A stretch of DNA of 64,000 nucleotides, taken from the IMG/VR virus record IMGVR_UViG_3300028840_007026, positions 1 to 64,000 of that record, one strand, 5' to 3'. Under the pieces are notes generated by a model. It did no database searches. It was not told where the DNA came from and saw only the letters and a list, made by a program, of their open reading frames with translations. The DNA comes from a virus. The position numbers and the translations under genes are program-made. Position 1 is the stretch's first letter. The number at the start of each line of letters is the position of its first letter. Of the stretch, positions 19,148-28,672 are shown one piece after another.

Positions 19148-20806
19148 TTAATTTTCTTGTGAAACTCGATATTTTTTTTCTTTTTCCCAAATCCTAACAT
19201 TTTCCAGTATCGGCTGGCTGGTAGCCAATCTCTGAGTTATTAAAACTTCGTTTGAAATGGCAAATTCCTGGTGTCTGTGGAAAAGTACACCAATCCTTGC
19301 GATTCCCAATTTCTTCTCGTGGTCCATTTGGTTTAAAGCAATTCGCAAATCCAAGTGAGCATCTTTAGTTTTACTTTCACTCGTTGATAATTGATCCAAT
19401 TGGTATTGAGTTCTTGAAGCCTTGTTCGCTTGATCCGCATTAATAACTAAGCAGTTTAATTCACCAGCGAGTTGAGAAGCCTGTTTCCATTTCCTGTCAA
19501 CTTCATGCCTCATATTATCATCACTTGACTTCCCACTATTTGCTGTAATGTCAAGGTAGTCGAGTAAAATTATTTCTGGGACCCATTGGTGTTTTTCAAT
19601 ATATCTGTAAATGTAATTCTTTATTTCTTCAAATGTACGAGAAAACCTTGGGAAGCACTTGACTCTAAAGTTTGCAAGTGCTTTTTCTCTATATTGTCTA
19701 ATGGTTTTTTTAACTATGCTTGGATGTAAAGCTTTAAGTCGAGAGGAATCAAACCATATCGTTGGAAGGAATCTTTTTGTTTTGTGGGCATTGCTTCTAA
19801 TTTTTGGATTATTGAGACATTCGGTACAACTATTCCATCCACGGTTGTTTATATATGAGTAATTTGCTCCCGGATTTTCTATTAAATGGTGACCTCTTCT
19901 TTTAAATTTTCTTGCCATTTTCGGAATTCTACATGTTCCAAATTGATTATTTTCACAATCGAGAATTGGATAGATCATTCTACCAGCTTTATGTGGGTCA
20001 ACTGTGCGTGAGATTCTTTTCTGCATTCTCATTCTTTGAAGGGATTCTGATAGCTCTAAGTTGATTTTAAGTACTTTTCTCCCTTGATATAATGCAGCAT
20101 CATACCCAATTTCATCGAGTAAAAAACTTTTACCACCCTTCTCAACTGCCGTTACAGCGACTAACCAAGATCGCCTCAGCGGGCCGATTAACCTGCCCAG
20201 ATCACCTTCAAACTCATAGACAACTTCGGAATTAAGATTCCCGGCAATGGCCGACTCTTCTACATCTCTTTGTGAAAACGGTAGTATTATCCCCATGTTC
20301 TCATCTTCGATTTCATCGGAATCTATATCTGTCCATCCGCTGAATACTTTCGAAGCCTTTTCCACTTCATCATGAGCCAATAAATCTTGGGCTTTTTCTA
20401 TTCTCAGGGATAACTCGCATATCCTAATAAAATTTGGAAGATCAAAAAGTATTACATCTTTCGTATTAGTTCCTTCGTCTTCGAAAATATCGTACAGGTC
20501 AGATAGGCTCGAAAGGTTTTTCTCCATTACATCCCGTGCAGATTTACTACCAAACTGTTTTCCCCTTTTCTTGTGTTCCCAAATTTGTTGAATTCCATGA
20601 GCCGGTTGTCTACCAGTTTTTGCGTAGTACTTAATCACCCATTGAAAAATCTTTTTGTTATCGTTTGTAAAGTAATTTGATTTCAATTCACCTGCAACAT
20701 ACCTCCTGTAACATGCATCGCAAACATCATTGTCCATAATCATGTAACTGAGAACTTTTGCTTCCTTCTCGAAATGAGTATTTAAACTTTTTTTCTCAAT
20801 TATCAT
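19148..20806 (-). CDS. dnaB: DnaB-like replicative helicase with a Cys-rich insertion
   Basis: Walker A AVEKGGKS, INLELSE, LLDYLD, ADQAN. Confidence 0.8.
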   Translation of the reverse strand: MIIEKKSLNTHFEKEAKVLSYMIMDNDVCDACYRRYVAGELKSNYFTNDNKKIFQWVIKYYAKTGRQPAHGIQQIWEHKKRGKQFGSKSARDVMEKNLSSLSDLYDIFEDEGTNTKDVILFDLPNFIRICELSLRIEKAQDLLAHDEVEKASKVFSGWTDIDSDEIEDENMGIILPFSQRDVEESAIAGNLNSEVVYEFEGDLGRLIGPLRRSWLVAVTAVEKGGKSFLLDEIGYDAALYQGRKVLKINLELSESLQRMRMQKRISRTVDPHKAGRMIYPILDCENNQFGTCRIPKMARKFKRRGHHLIENPGANYSYINNRGWNSCTECLNNPKIRSNAHKTKRFLPTIWFDSSRLKALHPSIVKKTIRQYREKALANFRVKCFPRFSRTFEEIKNYIYRYIEKHQWVPEIILLDYLDITANSGKSSDDNMRHEVDRKWKQASQLAGELNCLVINADQANKASRTQYQLDQLSTSESKTKDAHLDLRIALNQMDHEKKLGIARIGVLFHRHQEFAISNEVLITQRLATSQPILENVRIWEKEKKYRVSQEN

Positions 20807-21774
20807 TTCTTTGTTATCTCCTTCCAGTTGTGGACAAAAACTTTATCGCCATATGATGAACGGTTGAATTTGATCAATGCCTCCGGTAGTAAATGTGAAT
20901 AGAAATTTTGATACTGGACAAATCGAAGTTGAGTAATTCTCAATGTTTTATATTTGCACAGTGCGTCACAAATAAAGTCTACCAGCCAAAACGGATCTTT
21001 GAAATCGTTTAGTTTAGCCCAATTGGAAAGATAATTTGACCAGCGAATAAATATTGATTTCTTCTCAGGTCCGTTAATATTTGAGACGTTTGGTTGATAC
21101 TTTTTCCAAGCTACCATCAATGCTTCTGTCAACGGTTTATTTCTATCTTTCGGAACGAATGAATATTTATCGTAAAGATATTTTCTGCCGTTGAGACTTT
21201 CTTCAAACCACGATCTGGGAATGTTTTTAAAAGCAGTTTTATTTACCAAACTTTCGTAATTACTTTTTTCATAACTGAAGAAGTCACCAAGTGTAAATCC
21301 GTAATTGGTGTATGCAAAGTAGTACTTGAAGTCCGGGCGACTGAATAACGAGTGACAACTTTCAATTGCTGCTATAATCTCTGGAGTAGAGTGTTTTTTA
21401 AGTGCTTTCGTAATTTGATTCATAGCTCTTGAAGTTGTTTTTGAGATGACTGGTCTGTGATGAGCAAATATCCCTTTTTGACTAACCCATACTTTAAAAA
21501 TCATGTAGTGAGAATTAGTTTCAAATTTTAATTTTCCACTACTCTTATCATTTCCACTTCTTTTGAACAGGAATTCATTCCTTTCAACGTTTTTCTTATG
21601 CCTTTCAACCATTTTGCGACTCGCTTCGATGGATTCTTTTACCAGTGTTTCTGGTATTGCATAAACTCTTCGATGAATTCTTCCACTACCGAATTTTGAG
21701 TCTTTTATCCAAATTACAGAGCCTCCCCGATTATACAGATATTTTTTTATCTCAAGCATAGTTTTTCTTTTCAT
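20803..21774 (-). CDS. Hypothetical basic protein, possible initiator or helicase loader
   Basis: 323-aa ORF coupled to DnaB and next to the candidate origin; function inferred from position only. Confidence 0.55.
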   Translation of the reverse strand: MKRKTMLEIKKYLYNRGGSVIWIKDSKFGSGRIHRRVYAIPETLVKESIEASRKMVERHKKNVERNEFLFKRSGNDKSSGKLKFETNSHYMIFKVWVSQKGIFAHHRPVISKTTSRAMNQITKALKKHSTPEIIAAIESCHSLFSRPDFKYYFAYTNYGFTLGDFFSYEKSNYESLVNKTAFKNIPRSWFEESLNGRKYLYDKYSFVPKDRNKPLTEALMVAWKKYQPNVSNINGPEKKSIFIRWSNYLSNWAKLNDFKDPFWLVDFICDALCKYKTLRITQLRFVQYQNFYSHLLPEALIKFNRSSYGDKVFVHNWKEITKK

Positions 21775-22046
21775 GTCACTTACCTTCCGATCGTTATGTT
21801 CCAGATGTTTTTAATCGCCTCAACTACCCCCCCTCAGACTCCCCCCCTTATGTTTATATTTACTTCGTAAATTAATATAAACATTGGGGGTATTGAATAA
21901 AGTTTTAATGTTTTTAACACAACATCCCTTTTGACCTGATATTGAGTACTACCTGAACTCCACTCACACGACTGCTACGCTCGGCAGAGCCTCGCTCCGA
22001 CAGTCGTTTGGGAACGCGCTGCGCGACGTTCCCCAGAGGAAGTTTT
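21775..22046. other. Candidate replication origin / structured intergenic region
   Basis: C-tracts; AT-rich inverted repeat atgtttatatt...aatataaacat; GC hairpins acgactg...cagtcgt and gggaacg...cgttccc. Confidence 0.4.
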
Positions 22047-22979
22047 TTATTTTTTAACAAGTTTTAATTCTCTCATGAGAAGATATGCATCCTCCTGGGA
22101 TAAACTTCCTGGGTCGGACATTTCCTTGATTGAAATAATATTGATTTCCCTTGCTATCGAAAAGCATTGTTTTGCGAGCATCCTTGCAGCACGAATCCCT
22201 GGATCGTCATTATCGAATAGGATATGGAGGGTAGTTAAATTCTTCCTGATCAATTCAGCTATTTGCTTCTCGTGGTACATAGTTCCAAAAAAACTAACAC
22301 TACCGTCTCCAAGCCTCCAAACGTCTGTGGGTCCTTCCACAACTACTGCCGAGCCGCCTTCAGGAACCGAATCCAAGCCGTAAACAAAGTGTTTGGGGTT
22401 TGGGTAGTATTTCTGAGGCGCAGCCTTGTAACGGAGCTCTGAGGCGTCCGTAACATCTCGTGAAGTAAACGTTATTATCCTGCCGTTTTTGATTACAGGA
22501 ATGATAATTCTAAATTTGTAAGGACCATGTATTCCAACTGCTCGCAATTTATATTTGGGAATTATTTTGTGGGGATTGAAGTTTCTTGAGATGAGATAAT
22601 TTGTATGAAGTTTTGGAAAGTGCCTAAGTGATTCTTCCGGTAGTTTTAGTGTTATTTCTCCATTGACAATTTTGTCAATATAATTTTGTGAACTTGATTC
22701 ATAACCGTCTTCTTCTGGTGGAATTTCTGTCTCATCGAAATCTCTTACATATTCTCGTGCTTCCTTCGATGAGATATTGCATACATTGGTGAGAACCCTA
22801 ATTAGTGATTTACCTCCGCATTTCCAGCAACGACAGCGTAGCGTGGAAAGATTGATTCCGAGATGATTACTACTATCATCACAAAATGGACAGGTTAAAC
22901 CAATCCATCCCCGATTGACGTTTTTACCAGATGTCCAAATCCTCACGTCATGTTCTTCGAGAAGTTCAATTAGGTCCAT
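22047..22979 (-). CDS. DNA primase (Zn finger + TOPRIM)
   Basis: CPFC..H..CWKC; RIIIPV; VVEGPTD; FDNDDPG; DP. Confidence 0.9.
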   Translation of the reverse strand: MDLIELLEEHDVRIWTSGKNVNRGWIGLTCPFCDDSSNHLGINLSTLRCRCWKCGGKSLIRVLTNVCNISSKEAREYVRDFDETEIPPEEDGYESSSQNYIDKIVNGEITLKLPEESLRHFPKLHTNYLISRNFNPHKIIPKYKLRAVGIHGPYKFRIIIPVIKNGRIITFTSRDVTDASELRYKAAPQKYYPNPKHFVYGLDSVPEGGSAVVVEGPTDVWRLGDGSVSFFGTMYHEKQIAELIRKNLTTLHILFDNDDPGIRAARMLAKQCFSIAREINIISIKEMSDPGSLSQEDAYLLMRELKLVKK

Positions 22980-23015
22980 TTGAAATACTCCTCCATACTA
23001 CCGATTCTCTTTGAT

Positions 23016-24419
23016 TCATATCCATTTTTGTTCCATGTAAATCTGAATTCGTTGCACGGTATGTTCGGCTAAGAAACGATATCCGTCGAGAAAATCGACT
23101 AAAGTAATTTTACTTTTCCCTACGGATGTTCTCAATCCTCTTCCCATTGCTTGTAGGATAATTCGCTCTGCTTTCATTCCATGTGCTAATATTATCTTGT
23201 TCAACGATGGTATATTCACCCCTTCCCGCCAAACTCTCGAACAAATTACTACTGGAATTTTTCGTTCCTTCAATTTGTTTTTAATTTTTGTTCTCACCTC
23301 CTTATCTGTGGCACCATAAACAAACGGAACTTTTATCCCTTTTAATCTTAACATATGTTTCAGGTTTTCTCCATGCCGCGTGTTTTCTATGATTACAAGA
23401 ACTGTATGCTTTTTCTTGACAGCTTTTAAAACTTCGGCAACAATCAACTCATTGCGATATTTGTTATTTGTAATCCCCTCATCGTACATTCCTTTGTAAC
23501 TTCTACCAGCTTTCTCAACGACAGTATGTTCCAGTGGAACTGGTAGTAGTTTAACCTCTGGCTTCGCAATGATACCTTTCCTAATTCCTTGCTGCATGCC
23601 GAGTTCCGCGATTATTGGCCCGAAAAAACCTTCACAAATTAGTCTTTCTTTTCCTTTTACTGGAGGAGTAGCACTCAACCCAATTTTAACTGGAGACAAA
23701 TTGTATTCCATAGTTTTGCCGTATTGGGATTTTTTACTTGTTACTTTATGACATTCGTCTACAATTGTGACGTCAAAAAAATCGCACCATTCGGTAGGTG
23801 AGTACTTTGAAAATGTTTGGATTGTGGAGACAACAATAGGATTTTTAGTTTTTTTTATTTTACGGAAGGAAGGTTTGTATCCATCACCGAGTGCAAATAC
23901 TTTTTGCTTTCCTGGTAATAGATTTATTTCTTCGATAGTTTGTGAGAGGAGGTCCTTCGTATGACATAGGAATAAACGAGGTGAGTTTCTATATAGTGAG
24001 AAAATGCCGAGGGCGATAATTGTCTTGCCAGTGCCAGTGGGAAACTTAATTATGCCTCTTGAGAGCCTTCTAACGGCTCTGATGGCTCGTTTCTGGTCAC
24101 GGCGAAAGGTTATGCCTTTTAAACTTGGTCGGCTGTTAGATGGCCTGAGAATTTCGAGATTGCTCCGATCAATAGACAAAAAAAATCCGGTCCGTTCCGC
24201 GTACTTTTCAATACGTGGAAGCAGACCGGACAGTAGTGTTCCACCGGAGTTTTTACTACCGGTGATTAAATGTTGTTTGGTGACCGTGTTCTTGCCACCA
24301 AATCTCCCCCTCCTCCAACTGACGTTTTCATACTCAAGGCAAGGAAGTAGTAATTCTCTTGCTTCTTTATTTGCCTTGGAATGAATACTGTCAAGTGCGG
24401 TTACAAGTGCTTTACCCAT
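23016..24419 (-). CDS. Superfamily 2 helicase (UvsW-like)
   Basis: PTGTGKT, DECH, SAT, EGVNIP, QAMGRGLR. Confidence 0.9.
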   Translation of the reverse strand: MGKALVTALDSIHSKANKEARELLLPCLEYENVSWRRGRFGGKNTVTKQHLITGSKNSGGTLLSGLLPRIEKYAERTGFFLSIDRSNLEILRPSNSRPSLKGITFRRDQKRAIRAVRRLSRGIIKFPTGTGKTIIALGIFSLYRNSPRLFLCHTKDLLSQTIEEINLLPGKQKVFALGDGYKPSFRKIKKTKNPIVVSTIQTFSKYSPTEWCDFFDVTIVDECHKVTSKKSQYGKTMEYNLSPVKIGLSATPPVKGKERLICEGFFGPIIAELGMQQGIRKGIIAKPEVKLLPVPLEHTVVEKAGRSYKGMYDEGITNNKYRNELIVAEVLKAVKKKHTVLVIIENTRHGENLKHMLRLKGIKVPFVYGATDKEVRTKIKNKLKERKIPVVICSRVWREGVNIPSLNKIILAHGMKAERIILQAMGRGLRTSVGKSKITLVDFLDGYRFLAEHTVQRIQIYMEQKWI

Positions 24420-24742
24420 TCTTGTATTTCCCTTATTATTTGCTGAGCAACCCAATTGCTTTTGAAAACCTTTGCGAGATGTTTGTGAATACTTCTTACA
24501 GTAACTTCATGCCTACGTGGAGTAGCAATTAAATCGACTATTTCATTCGGGGAATTGAGAATAATATCAATCAACTCTTTTGCTTCGTTACTCAATCTCT
24601 CCCATGCTTGAATCTTTATTAATGCCTTTTCTGCGGATATTTCTTTCGCCGGTAGTATTTCATCTTCCGGATCAGCAGAACAATCATTTTTAAAAATCTC
24701 ATATGCTACTCTATAATCGTTTTCACTAAGTTTTATTGGCAT
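24401..24742 (-). CDS. Hypothetical protein, weakly sigma region 4-like
   Basis: AWERLSNEAKELIDII helical pattern. Confidence 0.5.
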   Translation of the reverse strand: MPIKLSENDYRVAYEIFKNDCSADPEDEILPAKEISAEKALIKIQAWERLSNEAKELIDIILNSPNEIVDLIATPRRHEVTVRSIHKHLAKVFKSNWVAQQIIREIQEWVKHL

Positions 24743-24755
24743 TTCTGGTTTTCCG

Positions 24756-25250
24756 TTATCGCCTCCTTAATGTTCTTTTTTTCTCTGTGGGGCGACGTTT
24801 TAATGTTCTCGTTTTTGGTAAGAGTACATCAAATGCCTTTGTTAAGGGGGATTTATTTTCTTTTCCATCTCTTCTTTTTAAAACCCTTTTTTGATTCCCC
24901 GGATCGGCTATTTCTTCTTTTCTCAGTAGCCTCCTCGGGGTTACAATAGGGACCAAATCGAGAAAATACCTCTCGATGATTGGTCTGATTTCTTTATCAA
25001 ATTGTCTACAGTTTTTACACAACTCCCATGATAGTAAGTTTTTCTCATTCCTCCTTCGTGCTATACATTGGTTGTAATTGAGTCTGCAACCAAAGTTATC
25101 ACAGTTGAAAATCGTTGGATTGAAGTACTTGCATTGCTTACTGTCAGCTTGTACTTTTTTCTTTGACGCGATGCACCGCTTAGTGTAGCCGTTGGATTCC
25201 CTTTTTACTACATCAGACCGGCACCACCAATGGCAGTTGGAACATGACAT
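24756..25250 (-). CDS. Cys-rich putative Zn-binding protein with a basic repeated tail
   Basis: Many Cys; three xLKRR-type repeats; AGGAG RBS. Confidence 0.65.
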   Translation of the reverse strand: MSCSNCHWWCRSDVVKRESNGYTKRCIASKKKVQADSKQCKYFNPTIFNCDNFGCRLNYNQCIARRRNEKNLLSWELCKNCRQFDKEIRPIIERYFLDLVPIVTPRRLLRKEEIADPGNQKRVLKRRDGKENKSPLTKAFDVLLPKTRTLKRRPTEKKRTLRRR

Positions 25251-25299
25251 TCTCTTCTCCTTTTTAAAAGGAAAAGCTCCGAATGACTCGGAGCTCTTG

Positions 25300-25328
25300 A
25301 GTATACCAAATTGTGCTATAAAAGTAAA
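25300..25328 (-). promoter_or_regulatory. Sigma70-type promoter for the replication operon
   Basis: TTTACT-17 nt-TATACT with an extended TG; followed by a gagctccga...tcggagct hairpin and RBS. Confidence 0.65.
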
Positions 25329-25336
25329 GAGGCGCT

Positions 25337-26461
25337 CTATTCGGTGCTTTCCTGGTTTTCAATGATATCGTAAAAGTCATTTTCGGAAGACTTTTGCCTG
25401 ATGATCATAACCGGAAAACCATCTTTGACCAGTTTCCTTATTACTGCTTTCAATTTTGCAGTGGTATCCCTTCGACTGCAATTGAATTGCTTTTCAACTG
25501 CTGAACACAATTCACCGTAGTAAACACCTTCGCTCATCATTTCAGAGATGAGTGCGTGAATGCTTTTCTTCCGGTAGCCGAAGCGGTTCAGACCGTAGCG
25601 GTTGTTTTCTCCGCGACGTTTCAGAACCCTTTCTTCCTTTTGCGAAGTTTCTTCCTTCTGTGGAGTTGGAGTTCTCCGTTTGAGAATTCTCGGAGCAGGA
25701 GTATTCGGATCAACTTTCATGTCAAGGTCAATGCCGTGACACTTGTTAGCTGCCTTGAATGCCGCTGCACAAGCGGATACGAAATCCTTCGGTGGAGTTT
25801 CGAATTTGTTCTCCCATCGGATTTTCATATTGTTGAGAAATTTGATTGCTGTCGGAACTACTTTTGCAGCAACACGATTGAATACTGTCGTTTTGGTTGG
25901 GATGTGAATGATACGTCCGAATTCATCACCGTCAGTTACATAGTAGGAATAGGAAAATTGCTTCCCTTCTACCGGACCGACTTCGTTCGACTTGGTACCT
26001 TCCTTCAGGAACTCTTTGTAGTTCTCTTCGGATAATTTCTTTTTGCTCACTTCTTTGGTACCAGTGGAATCCAGTTCATCTACCCGTTTGATAACGTTTT
26101 TAATCTTGCCAGACAGTTCATCCAGCTTTTTGATAATCAGGTCTGCGATAAACGGGTCCAGGTCCTGTTTTGGAGAGCCTTCAGGAGCCTCTTCAGGTTC
26201 CCTTTCGGGAGGCCTTTGGTTATGGTTGTCGGCTTCCGGTTTGCTTTCAGGATCTGCTTTCCCAGCTTGAGCTCTTGCCAATATTGCTCGCTTATGGTCA
26301 GCATACCGTTGACACTTCGAACAGGTGATTTCTTCCGGACTGGCTTCGATTGGTTTGAGTAATCTTCTACCGTCGCATCTTGCAACAACCAAACCATCCA
26401 GCATTTTACTGTAATGGATTACTTCGCCTTTGGTTGTTTTACCATACTTTGCATCAGCCAT
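25337..26461 (-). CDS. Multidomain hypothetical protein (N-terminal Zn motif, C-terminal HTH-like)
   Basis: H..C..CSKC; C-terminal GYRKKSIHALISEMMSEG; AGGAGG RBS before MADAKY. Confidence 0.7.
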   Translation of the reverse strand: MADAKYGKTTKGEVIHYSKMLDGLVVARCDGRRLLKPIEASPEEITCSKCQRYADHKRAILARAQAGKADPESKPEADNHNQRPPEREPEEAPEGSPKQDLDPFIADLIIKKLDELSGKIKNVIKRVDELDSTGTKEVSKKKLSEENYKEFLKEGTKSNEVGPVEGKQFSYSYYVTDGDEFGRIIHIPTKTTVFNRVAAKVVPTAIKFLNNMKIRWENKFETPPKDFVSACAAAFKAANKCHGIDLDMKVDPNTPAPRILKRRTPTPQKEETSQKEERVLKRRGENNRYGLNRFGYRKKSIHALISEMMSEGVYYGELCSAVEKQFNCSRRDTTAKLKAVIRKLVKDGFPVMIIRQKSSENDFYDIIENQESTE

Positions 26462-26567
26462 TTTTAATCCTCCTTTGAGTGGGTTGAGTAAATACGTCAG
26501 TGTTAACAATATAACACGTTTCGCATTAATTTAGTACGCCAAACTATTTTGGAATACTAAATTAATG

Positions 26568-26585
26568 GGGGAGCCGAAGCTCCCC
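26568..26585 (-). terminator. UUCG hairpin after the last early gene, followed by a 13-bp inverted repeat (26524-26567)
   Basis: GGGAGC TTCG GCTCCC; cattaatttagta...tactaaattaatg. Confidence 0.5.
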
Positions 26586-26592
26586 AATTGGG

Positions 26593-26823
26593 TTAAACAT
26601 AGGGACTTCTCAACGGGACGTGAAGTCGAGACTTGCTACGCTTGGACGGATCCCTGCGAACTTCTCGAGCAGTTGCCATATAATGCTCTGTGATATCTCT
26701 CCAATGGTGGAAACAAAAAAGATGTTTTTGGGTCGGTTTCCGATCTGCGACGTTTTTCTTAATGGGTTTTCCACAGATCTCACATCGGCGATTGCTCATT
26801 TCGGTGTACGGAACCTTTTTCAT
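26593..26823 (-). CDS. Small Zn-finger protein
   Basis: CEICGKP...CFHH; AGGAG RBS. Confidence 0.65.
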   Translation of the reverse strand: MKKVPYTEMSNRRCEICGKPIKKNVADRKPTQKHLFCFHHWRDITEHYMATAREVRRDPSKRSKSRLHVPLRSPYV

Positions 26824-27167
26824 TTCTTCTCCTTAATTAGATATGACATTGAAAGTACTGCTTCCTTAATCGCTTTATGGCCGAGTTCGTAAAAGTAATA
26901 GAGTACAACGAACGTCTCATACGAACCTTGTTGAAGTGGAATATAATCGCCAATTAAAGAACGGAGAATGTCGGGATTGTCATATGCATCATCTGCTGCA
27001 CAATCCCTTTCAGAACCGTAACCACGATGGTTGAAATCCTCATCTACTGCTACCATATCGTAAACTGCTGACTGGAGCCAGTTGATGTAGTTCTCAACAC
27101 CATCTTTGATTTGTTCTTCTGTGAGCTGCTTCATGGTTTCATAGTTTTGCAATTGTAGATCTACCAT
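26820..27167 (-). CDS. Hypothetical early protein (start MVDLQL; the ORF-track extension overlaps the ribozyme)
   Basis: AGGAGG RBS upstream of ATG 27167. Confidence 0.7.
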   Translation of the reverse strand: MVDLQLQNYETMKQLTEEQIKDGVENYINWLQSAVYDMVAVDEDFNHRGYGSERDCAADDAYDNPDILRSLIGDYIPLQQGSYETFVVLYYFYELGHKAIKEAVLSMSYLIKEKK

Positions 27168-27190
27168 AATAATCCTCCTATAAGTAGTAA

Positions 27191-27259
27191 AGGTTGCCTC
27201 ATCAGTAATAGGGTTCCTATCCCTATCAGACGAGGGGAGCAATTTCCCCTCGTTTCGGC
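27191..27259 (-). ncRNA. Type II hammerhead ribozyme HH1
   Basis: GCC-GAAA-CGAGGGGA(loop)UCCCCUC-GUC/UGAUAGGG(AUAGGAA)CCCUAUUA-CUGAUGA-GGC; pseudoknot AGG/CCU; cut predicted at 27229/27228. Confidence 0.92.
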
Positions 27260-27441
27260 TACAATTTTTTCATGATCCAATCAGCATGAGTATATTGGTA
27301 ATAATGCATCATGTGGACCAATTGGTTGTGAATCTCCATAACTCCGGCTGGACAATGATCAGGGCTTTTCCATGTTGCTTCAATTTCTTCTATCTTTCCC
27401 ATAAAGGTTTTTCTTTCTACCAGCATTATTCTTTCGTTCAT
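27259..27441 (-). CDS. Hypothetical early protein (~60 aa)
   Basis: GAGGAG RBS; the stop codon overlaps HH1 stem II. Confidence 0.6.
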   Translation of the reverse strand: MNERIMLVERKTFMGKIEEIEATWKSPDHCPAGVMEIHNQLVHMMHYYQYTHADWIMKKL

Positions 27442-27445
27442 TTTT

Positions 27446-27778
27446 TTACTCCTCATTTATAGAAGGTAGGTCTCTAATACTGTCCCACAAATTTCTCTTT
27501 TCCAGTTCGATAGCATTATGAATAATTCTTTCATAACACTTGATGAAACGTTTGAACTTGGAAAGATCACCGTTTTCCCATGCGTAGACGATATGCATCG
27601 AAATTCCAACGAGCATCAATAACTGCTCATGTACTGTCGATTGAGTCTTTGCAATCTTGAGATGATGGTAGCAAAGATCGTTTGGAATGTCTGTATCTTC
27701 TTTCCATTTTCTTTTTTCACAAACTTTTTCTTTAACCGGGACTTTCCTTGCCTTCCTTTTTGGTTTTTCTACTTTCAT
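27446..27778 (-). CDS. Hypothetical early protein (start MKVEKP)
   Basis: AGGAGG RBS downstream of HH2. Confidence 0.7.
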   Translation of the reverse strand: MKVEKPKRKARKVPVKEKVCEKRKWKEDTDIPNDLCYHHLKIAKTQSTVHEQLLMLVGISMHIVYAWENGDLSKFKRFIKCYERIIHNAIELEKRNLWDSIRDLPSINEE

Positions 27779-27805
27779 AATAAATCCTCCTGTTAGTTGG
27801 TAGTT

Positions 27806-27870
27806 ATGAGCAAATCTCATCAGGCATGGTAGCTCATTTCCATGCGACTCCCCGAAGGGAGTTTCGAATT
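27806..27870 (-). ncRNA. Type II hammerhead ribozyme HH2
   Basis: UC-GAAA-CUCCC(UUCG)GGGA-GUC/GCAUGG(AAAUGAGCUA)CCAUGC-CUGAUGA-GA; 6-bp pseudoknot AUGAGC/GCUCAU; cut at 27846/27845. Confidence 0.92.
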
Positions 27871-27961
27871 AAAGGTTAAACATGAGAATAGTAAAAATGT
27901 AGATGACAACGAGAATAAGAAGACCAGCGAAGATCTCAAGAATAATTTCCAGATCCTTCAT
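27869..27961 (-). CDS. 30-aa hydrophobic membrane peptide (absent from ORF track)
   Basis: MKDLEIILEIFAGLLILVVIYIFTILMFNL; ATGA overlap with the upstream gene; stop abuts HH2. Confidence 0.6.
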   Translation of the reverse strand: MKDLEIILEIFAGLLILVVIYIFTILMFNL

Positions 27962-28266
27962 GTTGTTTCCCTTTCGTTAGAAATTTTGGCAATTTCCCTG
28001 AACGTGATTGGGTTCACATACATCTTGCAAAGTGGGGAGTATTTGTCTTTCGTGCCCTTTAAAGCAATTTTAAGGCATGATTGACAGTAATTCAAATCGT
28101 CGTAATATTGAAACTGCTTCACAAATGTTTTCTCAACCGGTTGGACGTAATAACATCCACAAGCGATTGCACATCCGCATAAGGAATACTCTTCTCCAGT
28201 TTCTTCATCCGTTTCGAACAAATGAATCTTTCGGGTCAACCAATACTTCATTTGATGGTATAACAT
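27958..28266 (-). CDS. Hypothetical early protein with Cys/His motif
   Basis: H..SLCG..CQSC; AGGAGG RBS. Confidence 0.65.
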   Translation of the reverse strand: MLYHQMKYWLTRKIHLFETDEETGEEYSLCGCAIACGCYYVQPVEKTFVKQFQYYDDLNYCQSCLKIALKGTKDKYSPLCKMYVNPITFREIAKISNERETT

Positions 28267-28575
28267 TTAGCCTCCTATCACTCGACCGTAAGTAGTAATT
28301 AGTTCCCTTCCCACCGGAGTTTCAGTTGAAATCATAGAATCCTTGGAAAGGCAGTAAATACATTCCGTTTTTTTCGGTAGACAAATCCTCAATGCGGAAT
28401 AGACTACTGCTATTGTGACGGTTATGACTGGGATGATGATAGTAAACCAGAACATGATAAACGAGGCTGGTACAACAACAAACCAAGCGAGAATTTCGGT
28501 CCATATATCACCGAATCGCTCGTTCCTTGGTTTCCCGATTACTCCACAATTCTTGCAAATTAGTTCCTGTGACAT
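28267..28575 (-). CDS. Membrane protein with a split Zn ribbon flanking hydrophobic segments
   Basis: CKNC - hydrophobic stretch - CIYC. Confidence 0.7.
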   Translation of the reverse strand: MSQELICKNCGVIGKPRNERFGDIWTEILAWFVVVPASFIMFWFTIIIPVITVTIAVVYSALRICLPKKTECIYCLSKDSMISTETPVGRELITTYGRVIGG

Positions 28576-28603
28576 GATAAATCCTCCTGTTAAGTAGTAA
28601 TAA

Positions 28604-28672
28604 AGGGTACCTCATCAGTGCGTAGTTCCCTAATCTACGCAGACGGGAGAAAAAAATTTCTCCCGTTTCGGC
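28604..28672 (-). ncRNA. Type II hammerhead ribozyme HH3
   Basis: GCC-GAAA-CGGGAGAAA...UUUCUCCC-GUC/UGCGUAG(AUUAGGGAA)CUACGCA-CUGAUGA-GGU; pseudoknot AGGG/CCCU; cut at 28642/28641. Confidence 0.92.

Noticed and set aside
19700-19960. Intein in DnaB or DnaE
   Set aside because: No terminal His-Asn followed by Cys/Ser/Thr and no LAGLIDADG motifs; the insertion is too short.
26490-26590. Hairpins followed by CGAAAC as another ribozyme
   Set aside because: No CUGANGA core; better read as a terminator or operator region.
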